From Vicinamibacteria bacterium (GTDB lineage: Bacteria > Acidobacteriota > Vicinamibacteria > Marinacidobacterales > Marinacidobacteraceae), in contig OY729431.1 in the NCBI GenBank assembly GCA_963422395.1, positions 640,001-704,000 on the forward strand: a stretch of 64,000 nt of DNA, written 5' to 3'. Position 1 is the first letter of the stretch. Every line of letters begins with the position of its first letter. Under the pieces are notes generated by a model that worked only from the letters and a program-made list of their open reading frames with translations, was not told where the DNA came from and did no database searches. Positions 38,029-50,839 of the stretch are shown here, one piece after another. Both the position numbers and the translations under genes were made by a program.

Positions 38029-38780
38029 CGTTCGGCCTGCCGTTCGTCGAAGGCGGCTCTGAGCTCGCCGACGAACTCGTCGGCCTCCCGGTCGTCGTAG
38101 AGGCTCAGCAGCACATTGGAGCGGACCCGCCGGATCCACTTGACGAACTCGCGGAGGGGTTTCGTGGTGAGCTGGCGGTCGCGCTGCATCCGGGCGAACG
38201 CCCGCACCACCGCCGGCGATGCCGAGGTCTGGACGCGGATGACATGGCTGCGCCAGAAGTCGGTCGCCTTCGGCAGCGCCGCCAGCTCCCGATATTGCCG
38301 CTGCGGATCCTCATGGCCGCCGAGTGCCAGGATCCGCCGGTACATCCGGGGGAGGACGCATTCGTTCGGCGCTCTGCCGTCGAAGTACTTCCTAAAAGGA
38401 GTCGGATCGTCCTTGCGGAACGCCTTGTACTCCCTCCACTCGATGAAGCGCCAGAAGCCGTCGAACCCGACGCTCAGATAGCGCCAGAAGCCGGGATCGT
38501 CGAGTACGGCCGGGTCCACTCCTGCGAGCGCCTCGAAGAGCCGGACGGCGGCTTCTCCCTCGATCCGATCCCGGTCCTTCACCCCCTCGCGAGCGAGCGC
38601 GCCGATCTCGCGCGCCGCGCGGCGGATCGGTTTCAGGTCGAGGTCGTCACCGTCCCCCTTCCAGACGATTTGGGCTTCGAGCCGGGCGTTGTCCTGGGCT
38701 TCGCTATCGATCCCCTGTCCGGCGAGCCGTTCTTCGGCGAGTTCGAGGCAGGGACGCAACGGCAGGGTGGGGTAGCGCAC
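38025..38780 (-). CDS. Hypothetical protein, DUF6339-like
   Basis: DDPGFWRYLS...IEWR...LPRMYRR and C-terminal REFVKWIRRVRSNVLL recall DUF6339 (from memory); RBS AAAGGA; coupled to the methylase. Confidence 0.55.
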   Translation of the reverse strand: MRYPTLPLRPCLELAEERLAGQGIDSEAQDNARLEAQIVWKGDGDDLDLKPIRRAAREIGALAREGVKDRDRIEGEAAVRLFEALAGVDPAVLDDPGFWRYLSVGFDGFWRFIEWREYKAFRKDDPTPFRKYFDGRAPNECVLPRMYRRILALGGHEDPQRQYRELAALPKATDFWRSHVIRVQTSASPAVVRAFARMQRDRQLTTKPLREFVKWIRRVRSNVLLSLYDDREADEFVGELRAAFDERQAER

Positions 38781-38794
38781 GCTGTTCTGTCCTT

Positions 38795-39786
38795 TCAGGC
38801 TCTGTCGCGAATCGCTTCGAGCATCACAGAGCGCATCCCGATCGCGCCTTCAGCCGCAGAGATCGTCTTTTCCAGGTTTCCGTAGCGCAGTTCGTTCAGC
38901 CAGTCTTCGCAGCGGCGGACCGGCGCCTTCTTTCCCGCGATCGTCCGCACCACCCGGCCCAGCAGCGAATCCCGGAGTTCTCCCCATTCGCGGTCCTCCC
39001 ACTCGCCGCGGTTCCCGCAGGCGTCGGTGAGCACCGCCCGCAGGAAGAACCCCGCCAGTTCCGTCTGCATCGAGCGGCTGATCGGCGCCTTCGGCCGGTT
39101 TGCGAACTCATCGTAGAGGTCGCTGTCCAGATAGAGCTCCGGCGGCTCTGGGTCGTTCTGCTCCCAGGTCGATTCGTGAAACCGGACATGCCGGACGGCC
39201 TCCGGGGTCAAGCCCAGCTCCTTCCGTCCGGCGGCGGTCAGTGGGCGGGGCCGGAAGAGGTCCTTCGCATACTCGGTAGCGATCGTGAAGCGGACTCGGG
39301 GGAGCCAGGTTCCCTTCCGCCAGGGCGAGAGCACCTTCTTCGGGGCGCGCTCGTCCAGGAGCAGGTAGGCATCCACCCGCCCGCCCCGCGAGCCGGTGCG
39401 GAGGCCGGCGGGGCGCCGCTCGCCGGAGCCCAGATCGAGGATCCGTTCCAGGGAATCGAGGCGGTCGAGGCGGTGCTCGAACACTCGGTCCATGAGGCTG
39501 AGGTAGCGGCTGGTCACCGTAACCATCAGCGCCAGCGGCGCCGGTTTCCCCCAAACTCCTTCCAGCTCCGCCGCGGCCTGGCGCAACTTTCCGCGGAAGC
39601 CGTCGAAGCCGGTCTCCGGGCACCACTCGAGCACGACCGGCTGCTGTGCGTAGCTCTCCGAGGCCTCCCAGAGAAGCCGGGAATCCGCCTCGCAGGTTTT
39701 CCCTCCGAAGCGGAGGACGGCGGCGTCGAAAACGCCTTCGGCGGGTTCGGGGATGCGGAAGGGCCGCGCCTCGCGGGTCTCCCGGT

Positions 39787-39790
<4 letters not shown>
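38795..39790 (-). CDS. Hypothetical protein (331 aa)
   Basis: ATGA overlap with the GHKL gene; normal protein composition unlike shadow ORFs; no recognisable motif. Confidence 0.75.
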
Positions 39791-41748
<1,958 letters not shown>

Positions 41749-41901
41749 GGGAGGTCTCGGAGGGGGAAGTTTTCGCTGGAACGGTCCCGGCTCATGCCGG
41801 CGGATTCATCGAGGAACCCGGCGCCGATGGCCCGCACTCAGCCGGATTATGCCCTGCCAGTCCCCGATCCGGCACTCGAAAATTCCGCAGTTGCGGCGGC
41901 T

Positions 41902-44900
41902 TCACACCTTCAGGTCGGGAGAGATCCCGGCGAGGCGCTCGTTCAGCTTGCGCCTCGTTTCGGCGCCGGCTTCCTCGTCCATCTCCAGTGCGATCCGGAA
42001 CCGCAGGTCGTAGCCCGCGCTCAGCGCGGCGAGCTCGGGCGCCCGATCGGCGAGATCCTGCAGCTGGTGGATTTCCAGGACTGCCGCCCTCCTCGGCGGC
42101 GGATGCACCGCGTCAGGCAGCGGCGAACCGTCAGGTGTGGAAACGGCTCTCGGGGCCGGGGCCCGCAAGCGCAGCTGCCCGGCCTGATCGAACGGACAGT
42201 CCACCGCGCCGGCCTCGATCTCGAGCCAGCGGGCGTTCACCGCAGCCCGGATGCTCGCCCGCACGAGGCCCCACGGGAGAACCGCCCTGCGCTTTTGCGA
42301 AAGTGTCTGGTTCAGGGCGATCCCGTTGGTGCCCCCGTCTGTCCAAGCCTCCGGCAGCAAGTCCTCGGTCAGCTCCTGTGGGGGGATTTTCTCCGGCGGG
42401 CGGTGGAAGACGGCGATTCTCCCTTCGAACACTCCGTCCGGGACCGGCTCTTGCCACAGCGAGGCGGGGCCGTTCGTGAGCCAGACGATTCCCTGTTCCA
42501 CCGCGCGCGCCGCCGCCGCCCGCAGAGCTTCGGTATCGCACGCCGGAATCGTCAGGAAATCCTCGAACCCCTCCCGAGGCACCGAAACCTGTCGTCCGCC
42601 GCTGAAGTAGTCGGTGAGACCGGCGAAGGGCAGGCCCCCGCCGTCCGGCCAGAGCCCCGGCAGCCGGCCGGGTTCGAGCAGCGCTTCGGGCAACCGGCTG
42701 AGCTTCGCCCGTTCCGGGAGCACCGCTTCGAGGTCCGGGCTCTTCGCTGCCTCGGGGTCCACACGCTCGCGCCAGAGAGTGCGCGCGCTTCCGTCGGGCC
42801 GGGCGAGGCGGGCCGCCAGCAACCCCTCTTCGACCCCGCGCAGCACCGTCTCCCGCACCAACTCGGGCCGCAGCAGCTTCGGGAGCCGGGGATGGCGGGC
42901 GAAGGTGTTCGCGAGTTCCGACACCCGGCGAGCGGACTCCCCCGGTTTCCAGAGCTCGTACGGCCCGTCGGGGAGCAGCGCCGCTGGCGCAAGCGCCGTC
43001 TCCTGGAGGCGCGCCCGTTCGTCGGCCCGGATCTGCTGGAAGAGCGGCCCCCCGTCGGCGGGCAGTCGGAAAGCCCGGATCTGGTCCTCCCGGTCCGTCG
43101 TCACCACCACGGCGTACGCCTGCCGCACCGCTTCGGGAAGCCGCGCCCGGGCCTCCTTGAGCAGCCCCCGCAGCCGCAGCCGGCGCGCCGGATCCACCGG
43201 GTGCCTTTGCTGATCGAGCTGATCGAGCTGCGCTTCCACATCTTCCCAGCCGAGCAGTGACTGCGCCGCGCTTTCCGCTGCATCGATGCCCTCCCGCGAG
43301 GGGACGGCCAGCACCACCGTGTTCCGATGGACCCGCGGCCGGTCCGGTCCAGTGGTCTCGTCGAGGAAGCGCCTGGCGAGCGCGCTGGGTCTTCCCGATT
43401 CGGACTTCGCCGCCGGCGAAAGCACCGCGAACCGGAACCGGTCGTCATCGGGCAGGTCCGCCGGGCGGGCCGGGAGGAGGTGCACGACCGCCCCCGCCGC
43501 CGCTGCGCCTTCGGTCAGCTTCTTCGCCTTGCGGATGGCCTCTTCGAGCCGTTTTTCCACCGCGGCGGCGCTGACCCGCTGCTTCACCGCCTCGTCGTGC
43601 ATCTGCCGCAGGTTCGGCCGGTTGCCGAGCCGCCACGATTTCGGCAGCCCTGCTGCGGTTCCGGCCGCTGCGCTTGCCGGTGCTGCGGTCCCGGCCGCAT
43701 CGTCTTCGTCGTCGAGGAACCAGGAGATATCCCGCCAGCGCCGAAGCCCTCGTTCGAGCTCGATGCGGTCCGGTCCGCCGCTTCCGATCAGCCGGAGGAG
43801 CTCCGGCGTGTGGGCCTTCTGTCCCAGGGGCTGCGAGTGGAGGAACACCCCCACCACCGCCTGCTCGACCTCACGGCGGCGACCGAGCGAGGGCAGTTCC
43901 TCCTGAACCCGGCGCGCCCGTTCCAGCTCGCCTTCGAGGAGCTGCTTCCACTCGGTGCGCTTTCCCAGCGTCTCTTCCGCGGTCGCCGTCGTCGCCAGGT
44001 CGGAAAGCGCCTCGGAGGGGCCCTGCCGCCCCGGCCTGCCCAGCAGCGCCGCCGGCCCGATCAGCGGGCAGTCGTCCCACTGCCCGGCCTCCCGAAGCGC
44101 GATGGCGAGGGTGCGGAGGATGCCGCGGGTTCGCTGAAACCCCTCCAGCTGGGTCCAGCGGCTGTAGAAGACCTCGGTGAGGTCGGGGTGGAACGGATAG
44201 CTGGCGAGGAAGCGCTCCTCTTCGGCTCTCGCCGCCTTCCGGATCTGGCCGTCCAGTTCGCCGAGCCCGCGGACCGCCGCGATCACTTCGGCGCGGTATT
44301 CCTCTCGGTTCGTCAGCTCCTCCGGTTCGAAGAAACGGCGGCGGAGCACTTCCGCCACATCCTCCTTTCCGACCGGCTGTATCCCCTCTTCCTTCTGCCG
44401 GCGGAAGACATTCGAGAGGTCCTTGACGAGCTGCTTCCCGGCGGCATCCGCCTGTTTCGCCGGGTCGGTGGCGAGCAGCGACGCCACCAGCGCCGCCCGG
44501 TCCACCCGGGCGACCGCCTGCACCAGATACTGGAAGAAGTCCTGGATGCGGTGGCGCCAGACCTCGTTCATCCCCGCCTTCTCACGGGCGTACATCAGCA
44601 CTTCGTCCACCAGGATCAGCGTCGCCAGCCCCTGTTCCTGCGGGCGGGCGATCAGCTTCGCCAGCAGCGGCTCCGCCGGCGGCGTCTCGCGTTCCTCGGC
44701 CTTTCCCTCGGCGTGGATCGCCCGCAGCCCGTCGTCCCCGGCGAGCTGGAAGGCGAGCACGCTCCAGGGGTGCCGGAGCGTCCGCCGCTCGCCGCCCGGC
44801 CCCCGGACATCCTCGATCCCCCGTTCGACATCCAGCTTGTCGAAGCAGAGCACCGCCGGGGAGGCCCGCGGCAGCGCACCGCCCACCGACTCGCGGAACT

Positions 44901-45270
44901 CCCGCACTGCCGGAATGTCGGGCAGCGCCTCCGGGTCGCGGAAGAGGTGGTGGAGCGCGACCAGGGTGTGGGTCTTGCCGCCCCCGTAGGTCAGCTCCAG
45001 CTGCCGCACCGCCTTGTCGCTCTCTCCGGCGAGCCGGCGCGCCACCTCCTTCACCAGCTCCCGAAGCGCGTGGGTGGGGAAGGTCAGCGCGAAGAACTTC
45101 GCCGGGTCCTCGTAGATCGGCCGCTTTCCCTCTGCCTGGGCCACTTCGTGGAGATCGGCGGCGAACTGCGCGAGCGTGAGTTCGCCGGTTCGGAGCTCGG
45201 GCCGCAGCCGGACGAGCTCCCTCCAGGGAGTGGGCCGATTCCCTCGGGTCGTCGTCTTCGTTCGATTCAA
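41902..45270 (-). CDS. DUF499 family AAA+ ATPase (BrxC-related)
   Basis: PWRELVRLRPE, FAADL, FFALTFPT, Walker A YGGGKTH, Walker B ILVDEV, SYPFHP, FQRTRGILR; TTG start after GGAGAAGAAGG. Confidence 0.85.
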   Translation of the reverse strand: MNRTKTTTRGNRPTPWRELVRLRPELRTGELTLAQFAADLHEVAQAEGKRPIYEDPAKFFALTFPTHALRELVKEVARRLAGESDKAVRQLELTYGGGKTHTLVALHHLFRDPEALPDIPAVREFRESVGGALPRASPAVLCFDKLDVERGIEDVRGPGGERRTLRHPWSVLAFQLAGDDGLRAIHAEGKAEERETPPAEPLLAKLIARPQEQGLATLILVDEVLMYAREKAGMNEVWRHRIQDFFQYLVQAVARVDRAALVASLLATDPAKQADAAGKQLVKDLSNVFRRQKEEGIQPVGKEDVAEVLRRRFFEPEELTNREEYRAEVIAAVRGLGELDGQIRKAARAEEERFLASYPFHPDLTEVFYSRWTQLEGFQRTRGILRTLAIALREAGQWDDCPLIGPAALLGRPGRQGPSEALSDLATTATAEETLGKRTEWKQLLEGELERARRVQEELPSLGRRREVEQAVVGVFLHSQPLGQKAHTPELLRLIGSGGPDRIELERGLRRWRDISWFLDDEDDAAGTAAPASAAAGTAAGLPKSWRLGNRPNLRQMHDEAVKQRVSAAAVEKRLEEAIRKAKKLTEGAAAAGAVVHLLPARPADLPDDDRFRFAVLSPAAKSESGRPSALARRFLDETTGPDRPRVHRNTVVLAVPSREGIDAAESAAQSLLGWEDVEAQLDQLDQQRHPVDPARRLRLRGLLKEARARLPEAVRQAYAVVVTTDREDQIRAFRLPADGGPLFQQIRADERARLQETALAPAALLPDGPYELWKPGESARRVSELANTFARHPRLPKLLRPELVRETVLRGVEEGLLAARLARPDGSARTLWRERVDPEAAKSPDLEAVLPERAKLSRLPEALLEPGRLPGLWPDGGGLPFAGLTDYFSGGRQVSVPREGFEDFLTIPACDTEALRAAAARAVEQGIVWLTNGPASLWQEPVPDGVFEGRIAVFHRPPEKIPPQELTEDLLPEAWTDGGTNGIALNQTLSQKRRAVLPWGLVRASIRAAVNARWLEIEAGAVDCPFDQAGQLRLRAPAPRAVSTPDGSPLPDAVHPPPRRAAVLEIHQLQDLADRAPELAALSAGYDLRFRIALEMDEEAGAETRRKLNERLAGISPDLKV

Positions 45271-45389
45271 GGTGCCTTCTTCTCCGCAGGAGTTTTCCGC
45301 GAGGGGTTTTCGCAGGATTCTCGCGAGGTTGCGAGGGTCTCGTCCTCCGGCGGCGCGGTCCGCTGCGGAGGAGGGTACGGGCTGCCGGC

Positions 45390-48300
45390 TCAGCGGATCG
45401 AGCCGGCGTAGCGGGGGGCGGCGGCGCCGCTGCGTTCTCCGAGATAGTTCTGGATGGTCTCCAAGAGGGAGCGCTCTTCGCTGCCGCCCTCGGCGAGCTC
45501 CAGCACCGCCTGTGTGAGCCGTGCGAAGAGGCGGTCGTTCCAGAGGCCGCGTGCTTCGAGGTATGCGTCCACCCGGCTCCGCTCGCCGGCTTTCCAGAGC
45601 CGCATCAGCCGGTGGAGGCAGTCGATGAGCGGCGGTGCCCCGCCGTCCGCCGAAGGCTCGCCGAGGCTCCGTACCTTGCGGCGGTTCCAGGGTTCGAGCC
45701 GCGCTTCGCTGCCGCTCGAAGAAGCGCTGAACTCTTCGTCCCCCTCGCCCTCGCCCCCCGCGGCACTTCCTCTGCCACTTCCCCTGCCGCGGGTGCTGCC
45801 ACGGGCGAGCAGACCCCAGCGCCTCGACAGGTCGCTGTCGGCGAGGCCGCAGGAGAGCGCGTAGAGGACCACTGCCCCGGCGGGAGCGGGGGCGAGGCCG
45901 AAGTCGTTCCGGTGGAGCAGGTAGTAGGTGGTGAGATCGTCGAGCGCGCCCCGTTCTTCGCCCTCCCCTTCTCTCTGAAGGACGCGGCCCACCACGAAGC
46001 CGACCACCATCCGGCGCACCCGGCCGAGGAAGCCGCTCGCCGTGAGCATCTCGTCCGGCGCTCGTTCGCAGCGCACTGCCGGATAGCGGCTGAATGCCTC
46101 GAGCGCCGGGCCGGTGGCCGCCCAGACGAAGTCCGGCCCCCGGATCCCGGCGTCCCAGAAGTCCCGGAGGTGCTTCGTGAGGTTCCGCTCCATCTCCGCG
46201 AGCACTTGGGAGTCCCAGCCCGGGCGGGCTTCGGTGCGCTTCCGGCAGACCAGCCAGATCGAGGCGGAGAGCGCCGCCGATGCATGGGCGCGCAGGCGGG
46301 CCTGCCTCTCGGTCTGGATCGGCCAGGAGGCGTTTACACGAAAGCCCGAGCGGATGAGCGCGGAGACCAGCGTCTCCCAGGCGTTGGGGTCCTTGTTGGC
46401 GAAGACGATCACCAGCCTCCCGTCGTCTTCGAGCGCCTCGCGGCAGCGGGCGAAGGCGCGCGCCATCCCGTCCTCGTAGTTCCGCTTCGAGGCGGCTCGG
46501 TCGCCGCCGAAGCGGACGGCGTCGTCGATGAGCTCGCCGTCGCCCTGCCCGTCGTTCGCTTCCGCGTTCCACTTCGGGCCCAGCGGGGTGGCGAAGGCGG
46601 CGTCGGTCTCCGGCGAGAGGCCGGAGAGGACGCGGCGCAGCCAAATGTGGAAGAAGTCCATCAGGTCGGAATAGGGGATCGCGTCGTAGTAAGGCGGGTC
46701 GGTACAGATGACATCGAAGCGTCCCGGAGGGCTTTCGAGAGCGCTGGCGGTGCGGACCTGCGGTGGGGGCGTGTCGCGGAGCGCTTCGCAGGCGTTCTCC
46801 ACATAGCGCGCCGCCCATTCCGCCATCGCCGCGAACGAGCCCGAGGTCGCCGCCAGCGGGTTCACTTCGCAGTAGTCCCAGACGATGGGCAGTGCGAACC
46901 GAGCGAAGGTGTGTCCCAGTGCCTCCATGGTGTTGAGCCAGGAACAGAGTGCGCTGCTGTAATCCGAAAATTTGCTCAGAGTGAGCGCCAGACAGGCGGT
47001 GAGCGCCTCTCTCCAGGGCGGGGGACAGGCGGCCAGCTCTTCGTCGAATTCTCCGTCGAGCGACCGGATCTCGCGGACGAGAGTGCCGAGCGCCAGCAGC
47101 TGCCGGTCGGTGAAGAGCTTCCGCCAGCGGTCGAATCCGTAGCCGTCCACGGAGAACGCGCGCGATGCTCCGCTGCCGGCCTTCGGCGTCGGTTCCTCGG
47201 GCATCCCGAAGGGAACCTTGCGGTAGAGCGCTTCGAGTTCTTCGGCATCCACCCGTGCCGCGGCGGCCTCGACCGCCGTCGGCAGCCGGTATTCCTTCCC
47301 CTGTTGCCCGTCCACCACCACCGCGGTCATGCGCGCCCCGATCCGCCCTGCCCGCCCCTGGGCGCGGAGGTCTCCCATGGTGGCGATCGCGCCGCAGAGA
47401 GGGCACTTCGCCCCGCTCTGGCTCTTCGTCCCCGCTCCGAGCTGCTTGTCGTGCTCGCGCCGCTGCGCCGGGCTGCCCGCCCCCTCCGGGACCCCCGCCT
47501 CGATTCCGAAGGCGACCCCGATCTTTCTCCCGCTCCCGTCCTCGCGGGGGGTGATCGTCAGCAGCGCCCGCTTGCCCGACTTCTTCACGAGCCAGCGGGT
47601 CTTCAACAGCGGCAGCTCCGCCCGGCAGTTCCCGCACTCGGCGGTCCGCGCCCAGAGGTACGCCACCGTCGGCTTCGCCATCCAGCGCGGGTTCGCCTCG
47701 TCCTCCAGGTAGTGCTCGTCGAACTCCGCATCGTTCAACGCCGCGGCCGAGACCCGCCCCTCCTCGTCCGGCGGCAGGAGGCGCGGTTCCCGCGCCTCGA
47801 ACGCCCTTTCGGGCGCCGTTGCCCGCCGCCCCCGCCCCTTCCGCCGCACCGGCTCGAACTCCGCATAGGTCGGATACCGCACCGCCAGCCGCTGCCGCGC
47901 CCGCCCGAGCACTCGCCGCCCGAGCGCCCGGAAGTGCCAGGCGAACTCCGCCTCGAGCGATGCTGGCGAAGGCGCGAGCAGGTCCGGCTGCCCCGGATCG
48001 TCCTCGTTGGCCTGGGCGTTGGCGTCCAGCTTCGCGAGTTCCGCATCCAGCCGCCGCTCGCGGAGCCCGCCGGCCTTCAGGAAGGCGGTCAGGAACTCCC
48101 GGTCCCGGAGTACGAACTCCGGCAATGGCTGCTTCTCCCCGGCCAGCAGCTGCGGATAGTGGAGTGCGCAGCGCAGGACGAACCAGGCGACGGGGTTGAG
48201 GTCCGAGGCGGTCACCTCGCACCCGAGCCGCATCGCCTCTAGCGGGATCGCCCCGCCCCCGGCGAAGGGGTCGAGCACCCGCGGCGCCCGCCCCCCGAAC

Positions 48301-48677
48301 GCCGCTCGGATCTCCTCCCGAAACGCCTCGAGCTTCGCCGCCGCCTCCGGCCCGCTCTCCCGCCCCCAGTGCAGGATTCCCCCGACCGTTTTCTCTTTCA
48401 GCCGCCCGTCAGGCCCCGGCTCCTCCTTCACCCGCCCGCCGATCCGCTTCCGCAGCTCCGACCGCCCTGCTTCCGTCCCCGGATCCGGCAACAGCGCCCC
48501 GAGCAGCGCCGCCCGGCAGGCCGCCAGCGGCCGCCGCGCCGGCCAGATATGGAGCGTCGAGAGGTGCCCGTGCCGCACGTTCTTCTCGTGCACCGAATCG
48601 AGCGAAGCCTCCCGCAAGGGAAACCCCGCCTCGATATACCTGCGGTCCCCAGCTTTCCCGTCCTTTCGATCACTCAT
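45390..48677 (-). CDS. DUF1156 family adenine-specific DNA methyltransferase
   Basis: LHIWPARRPLAACRA, motif I LDPFAGGGAIPLEA, DLNPVA, Zn-ribbon-like CGNC/CPLC, catalytic TDPPYYD. Confidence 0.9.
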   Translation of the reverse strand: MSDRKDGKAGDRRYIEAGFPLREASLDSVHEKNVRHGHLSTLHIWPARRPLAACRAALLGALLPDPGTEAGRSELRKRIGGRVKEEPGPDGRLKEKTVGGILHWGRESGPEAAAKLEAFREEIRAAFGGRAPRVLDPFAGGGAIPLEAMRLGCEVTASDLNPVAWFVLRCALHYPQLLAGEKQPLPEFVLRDREFLTAFLKAGGLRERRLDAELAKLDANAQANEDDPGQPDLLAPSPASLEAEFAWHFRALGRRVLGRARQRLAVRYPTYAEFEPVRRKGRGRRATAPERAFEAREPRLLPPDEEGRVSAAALNDAEFDEHYLEDEANPRWMAKPTVAYLWARTAECGNCRAELPLLKTRWLVKKSGKRALLTITPREDGSGRKIGVAFGIEAGVPEGAGSPAQRREHDKQLGAGTKSQSGAKCPLCGAIATMGDLRAQGRAGRIGARMTAVVVDGQQGKEYRLPTAVEAAAARVDAEELEALYRKVPFGMPEEPTPKAGSGASRAFSVDGYGFDRWRKLFTDRQLLALGTLVREIRSLDGEFDEELAACPPPWREALTACLALTLSKFSDYSSALCSWLNTMEALGHTFARFALPIVWDYCEVNPLAATSGSFAAMAEWAARYVENACEALRDTPPPQVRTASALESPPGRFDVICTDPPYYDAIPYSDLMDFFHIWLRRVLSGLSPETDAAFATPLGPKWNAEANDGQGDGELIDDAVRFGGDRAASKRNYEDGMARAFARCREALEDDGRLVIVFANKDPNAWETLVSALIRSGFRVNASWPIQTERQARLRAHASAALSASIWLVCRKRTEARPGWDSQVLAEMERNLTKHLRDFWDAGIRGPDFVWAATGPALEAFSRYPAVRCERAPDEMLTASGFLGRVRRMVVGFVVGRVLQREGEGEERGALDDLTTYYLLHRNDFGLAPAPAGAVVLYALSCGLADSDLSRRWGLLARGSTRGRGSGRGSAAGGEGEGDEEFSASSSGSEARLEPWNRRKVRSLGEPSADGGAPPLIDCLHRLMRLWKAGERSRVDAYLEARGLWNDRLFARLTQAVLELAEGGSEERSLLETIQNYLGERSGAAAPRYAGSIR

Positions 48678-48712
48678 CTTCTTGTCTGTCGAACCGTATC
48701 TGTCGAAGGGCT

Positions 48713-49669
48713 CTATCGCCGGGTGAGCTTCCGCCCGGCGTACACCACATACACCGGCTCACCGGCCTGAATCGGCCACGAAAAGTGGACCCGGAGAAGG
48801 GAATGGCTTTCCTTTCCGTGCCAGGGGTAAAAAAGCATTTCCCCGGGCTGCTTCGGATGGGGGAAGCGCAGCTTGCGCCGGAACCGTCGCTTTTCTGCCT
48901 CGGTCGAATCGGAGAACAGCGCCCGTTCGCCGGTGAAGTGCTCCTGGTAGATACCGTGTCCTTTCTCGGTGCGCTGGCCGTCCCGATCGAAGCTGTCCGC
49001 GAAGTCGTCGAGAATCCGCAGCAGATGCAGCACGCGCTTTGCTGAGCTTCGGCTGAACGGAACGCCCGCGAGCGGGTCGAAGCACGAGTCCGCGACGAAC
49101 AAACGAGGGCATTGCGCCGAAACGGCGTTTCGGAGCTCGGCCCAGGAGGCGAGCGGCGGCGCCGACTTCCGCAGCCCCTCCTCCAGGGTTGCGGGATCAC
49201 GCCAGTTCGGAAAGCAGATCGACCGATTCAGTCCGGCTTCCTTCTGTTTCCAGAGCACCCGCACCGGCGAAAAGTCCCAGTCGCCCGGCGTAGCGCTGAG
49301 CAGCCCGCACTTCCGGCCTTCTCCGTTTCGCCAGGCTGCTTCGCCCACCGCAGTGTCGGTCACCACTTCCCCCCGGCACTCGAACCAGTCGTCCGCCGAA
49401 TGCCGGTGTTCTCCGTCCCAGAACGGTCCGCCGCGATCCAGCCACGCCCCGACTGCGCGCGCTCGATCCAGCCCCAGCCATGCGAGCGCCTTCCGAAGGC
49501 TCACTTCGGGAATCGGCTCCACTTGGAGAAAGCCCCGGCTGCAGCCGACCTCCCGTTCGAACCGCCGCGCGATTCCGCGCATCGCCATCAACCTCGACAT
49601 CGCGGCGCCGAACGCGGCCCGGTCGTGGAACTGCCGGCATACCGACAATTCGTTCGCCAACAGCTCCAC
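48713..49669 (-). CDS. Hypothetical effector, Menshen NsnC-like position, RelE-like C-terminus suspected
   Basis: Directly abuts the DUF3696 ATPase; C-terminal WHGK...RVHF...VYVVYAGRKL pattern. Confidence 0.6.
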   Translation of the reverse strand: MELLANELSVCRQFHDRAAFGAAMSRLMAMRGIARRFEREVGCSRGFLQVEPIPEVSLRKALAWLGLDRARAVGAWLDRGGPFWDGEHRHSADDWFECRGEVVTDTAVGEAAWRNGEGRKCGLLSATPGDWDFSPVRVLWKQKEAGLNRSICFPNWRDPATLEEGLRKSAPPLASWAELRNAVSAQCPRLFVADSCFDPLAGVPFSRSSAKRVLHLLRILDDFADSFDRDGQRTEKGHGIYQEHFTGERALFSDSTEAEKRRFRRKLRFPHPKQPGEMLFYPWHGKESHSLLRVHFSWPIQAGEPVYVVYAGRKLTRR

Positions 49670-50839
49670 TCAGTCCGTCCAATCGGCGAAGTAGTTCAGA
49701 TCCTTGTCGAACTGATCGAAGAATCCCTCCAGCCAGGTATCGATGCGTCCGTTCTGGTCCATCCTCAGGGTCTCCACCTGCGCGCTCTTTCCTTCCGCAT
49801 TCCCTTCCCGAGGGCGAAAGAAGTGGAGAGCGGCGTTTTCGCAAGACAACTTTCCCTGCTTCACTGCCCTTCGCACTCCGTTGAGGACATGATCGCTGTG
49901 GGTCTCGAGGATCACCTGTCGCCCTGCTGCTGCGATCTCGGCGAGGAACTCTCCCATGCTCGCCTGCCCGGCCGGGTGAAGGTGGATTTCTGGGTTCTCG
50001 ATGAGCAGCAGATCCTTCTTCTCTGCCGAAAGCGCCGCCACGATGATGGGCAGCACCTGGCTCAGTCCGAAGCCGGTATGGGCCGGCAGATGCGGCTCTA
50101 CTTCCAGGGAAGTTGCGAGCCGCAGGCTGACCGCGCTGGCCCGCGGCACTTTCTCCACCGCCAACCGGCAACCGGGGAAGAATCGGTTCATCCGTGCCTC
50201 CACCTGGCGAAGCCGCGTCGGCGGCGATCCTTCGAGAGCCAACCCGTCCGAGACCTCGGCATCCGCGCAGGCATACAGGAGACCGGCCGTTCGCTCGCCC
50301 TTGGGGCCTATTCCGGACACGAATTCCGGATCGTCGAGCGGATAGCTCTCCCGCGGCCCCAGTCGTTCGGCGGTGAGACAGGTCAGCCGGCGCAGACGCT
50401 CCGCCAGGGCCAGGGAGCCCGCCGGCGGGGGCGGCGAGACCGGGAGCAGATACCGCAACGGGGCGTCCTCCGGATCGTGCGGCCGCCCCTCCCCCTCCGT
50501 GGAAACGCTTTCGACGCGCAGCGACAGGTCCGTTCTGTTCCCCAGGAACCTCCAGGAAATCGCCGTCCCGTCCTCCTCCTGGAGGCCGATTTCGAAGCGG
50601 TCTCTTCCACTGATCTGATCGATCACCTCCGCAGCGGTACCCATTCGAACGACCTCCCCGTTGAGTGCCAGCCGCGAGGACCGCTCGTGCCGCCGCATCG
50701 TCTGATGCAGGAGCACCAGCGGCTGCATGACGGAGGACTTCCCCGAAGCGTTGGCTCCCGCCAGCAGCGTCAGTGAGCGAAGGGGCAGCTCGAGTTTCGT
50801 GAAGCACTTGAAATGCCGGAGGTCGAGGCGTGTGATCAA
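49670..50839 (-). CDS. ABC-type ATPase with DUF3696 tail (Menshen NsnB-like)
   Basis: GANASGKSS, TGFGLSQVLPII, IENPEIHLHP, ETHSDH, GRIDTWLEGFFDQ. Confidence 0.85.
   Translation of the reverse strand: MITRLDLRHFKCFTKLELPLRSLTLLAGANASGKSSVMQPLVLLHQTMRRHERSSRLALNGEVVRMGTAAEVIDQISGRDRFEIGLQEEDGTAISWRFLGNRTDLSLRVESVSTEGEGRPHDPEDAPLRYLLPVSPPPPAGSLALAERLRRLTCLTAERLGPRESYPLDDPEFVSGIGPKGERTAGLLYACADAEVSDGLALEGSPPTRLRQVEARMNRFFPGCRLAVEKVPRASAVSLRLATSLEVEPHLPAHTGFGLSQVLPIIVAALSAEKKDLLLIENPEIHLHPAGQASMGEFLAEIAAAGRQVILETHSDHVLNGVRRAVKQGKLSCENAALHFFRPREGNAEGKSAQVETLRMDQNGRIDTWLEGFFDQFDKDLNYFADWTD

Noticed and set aside
41902-48222. 2106-aa ORF as a methylase-ATPase fusion
   Set aside because: N-terminal ~980 residues are a shadow frame over the DUF1156 gene, which has its own stop at 45390; DUF499 starts near 45270
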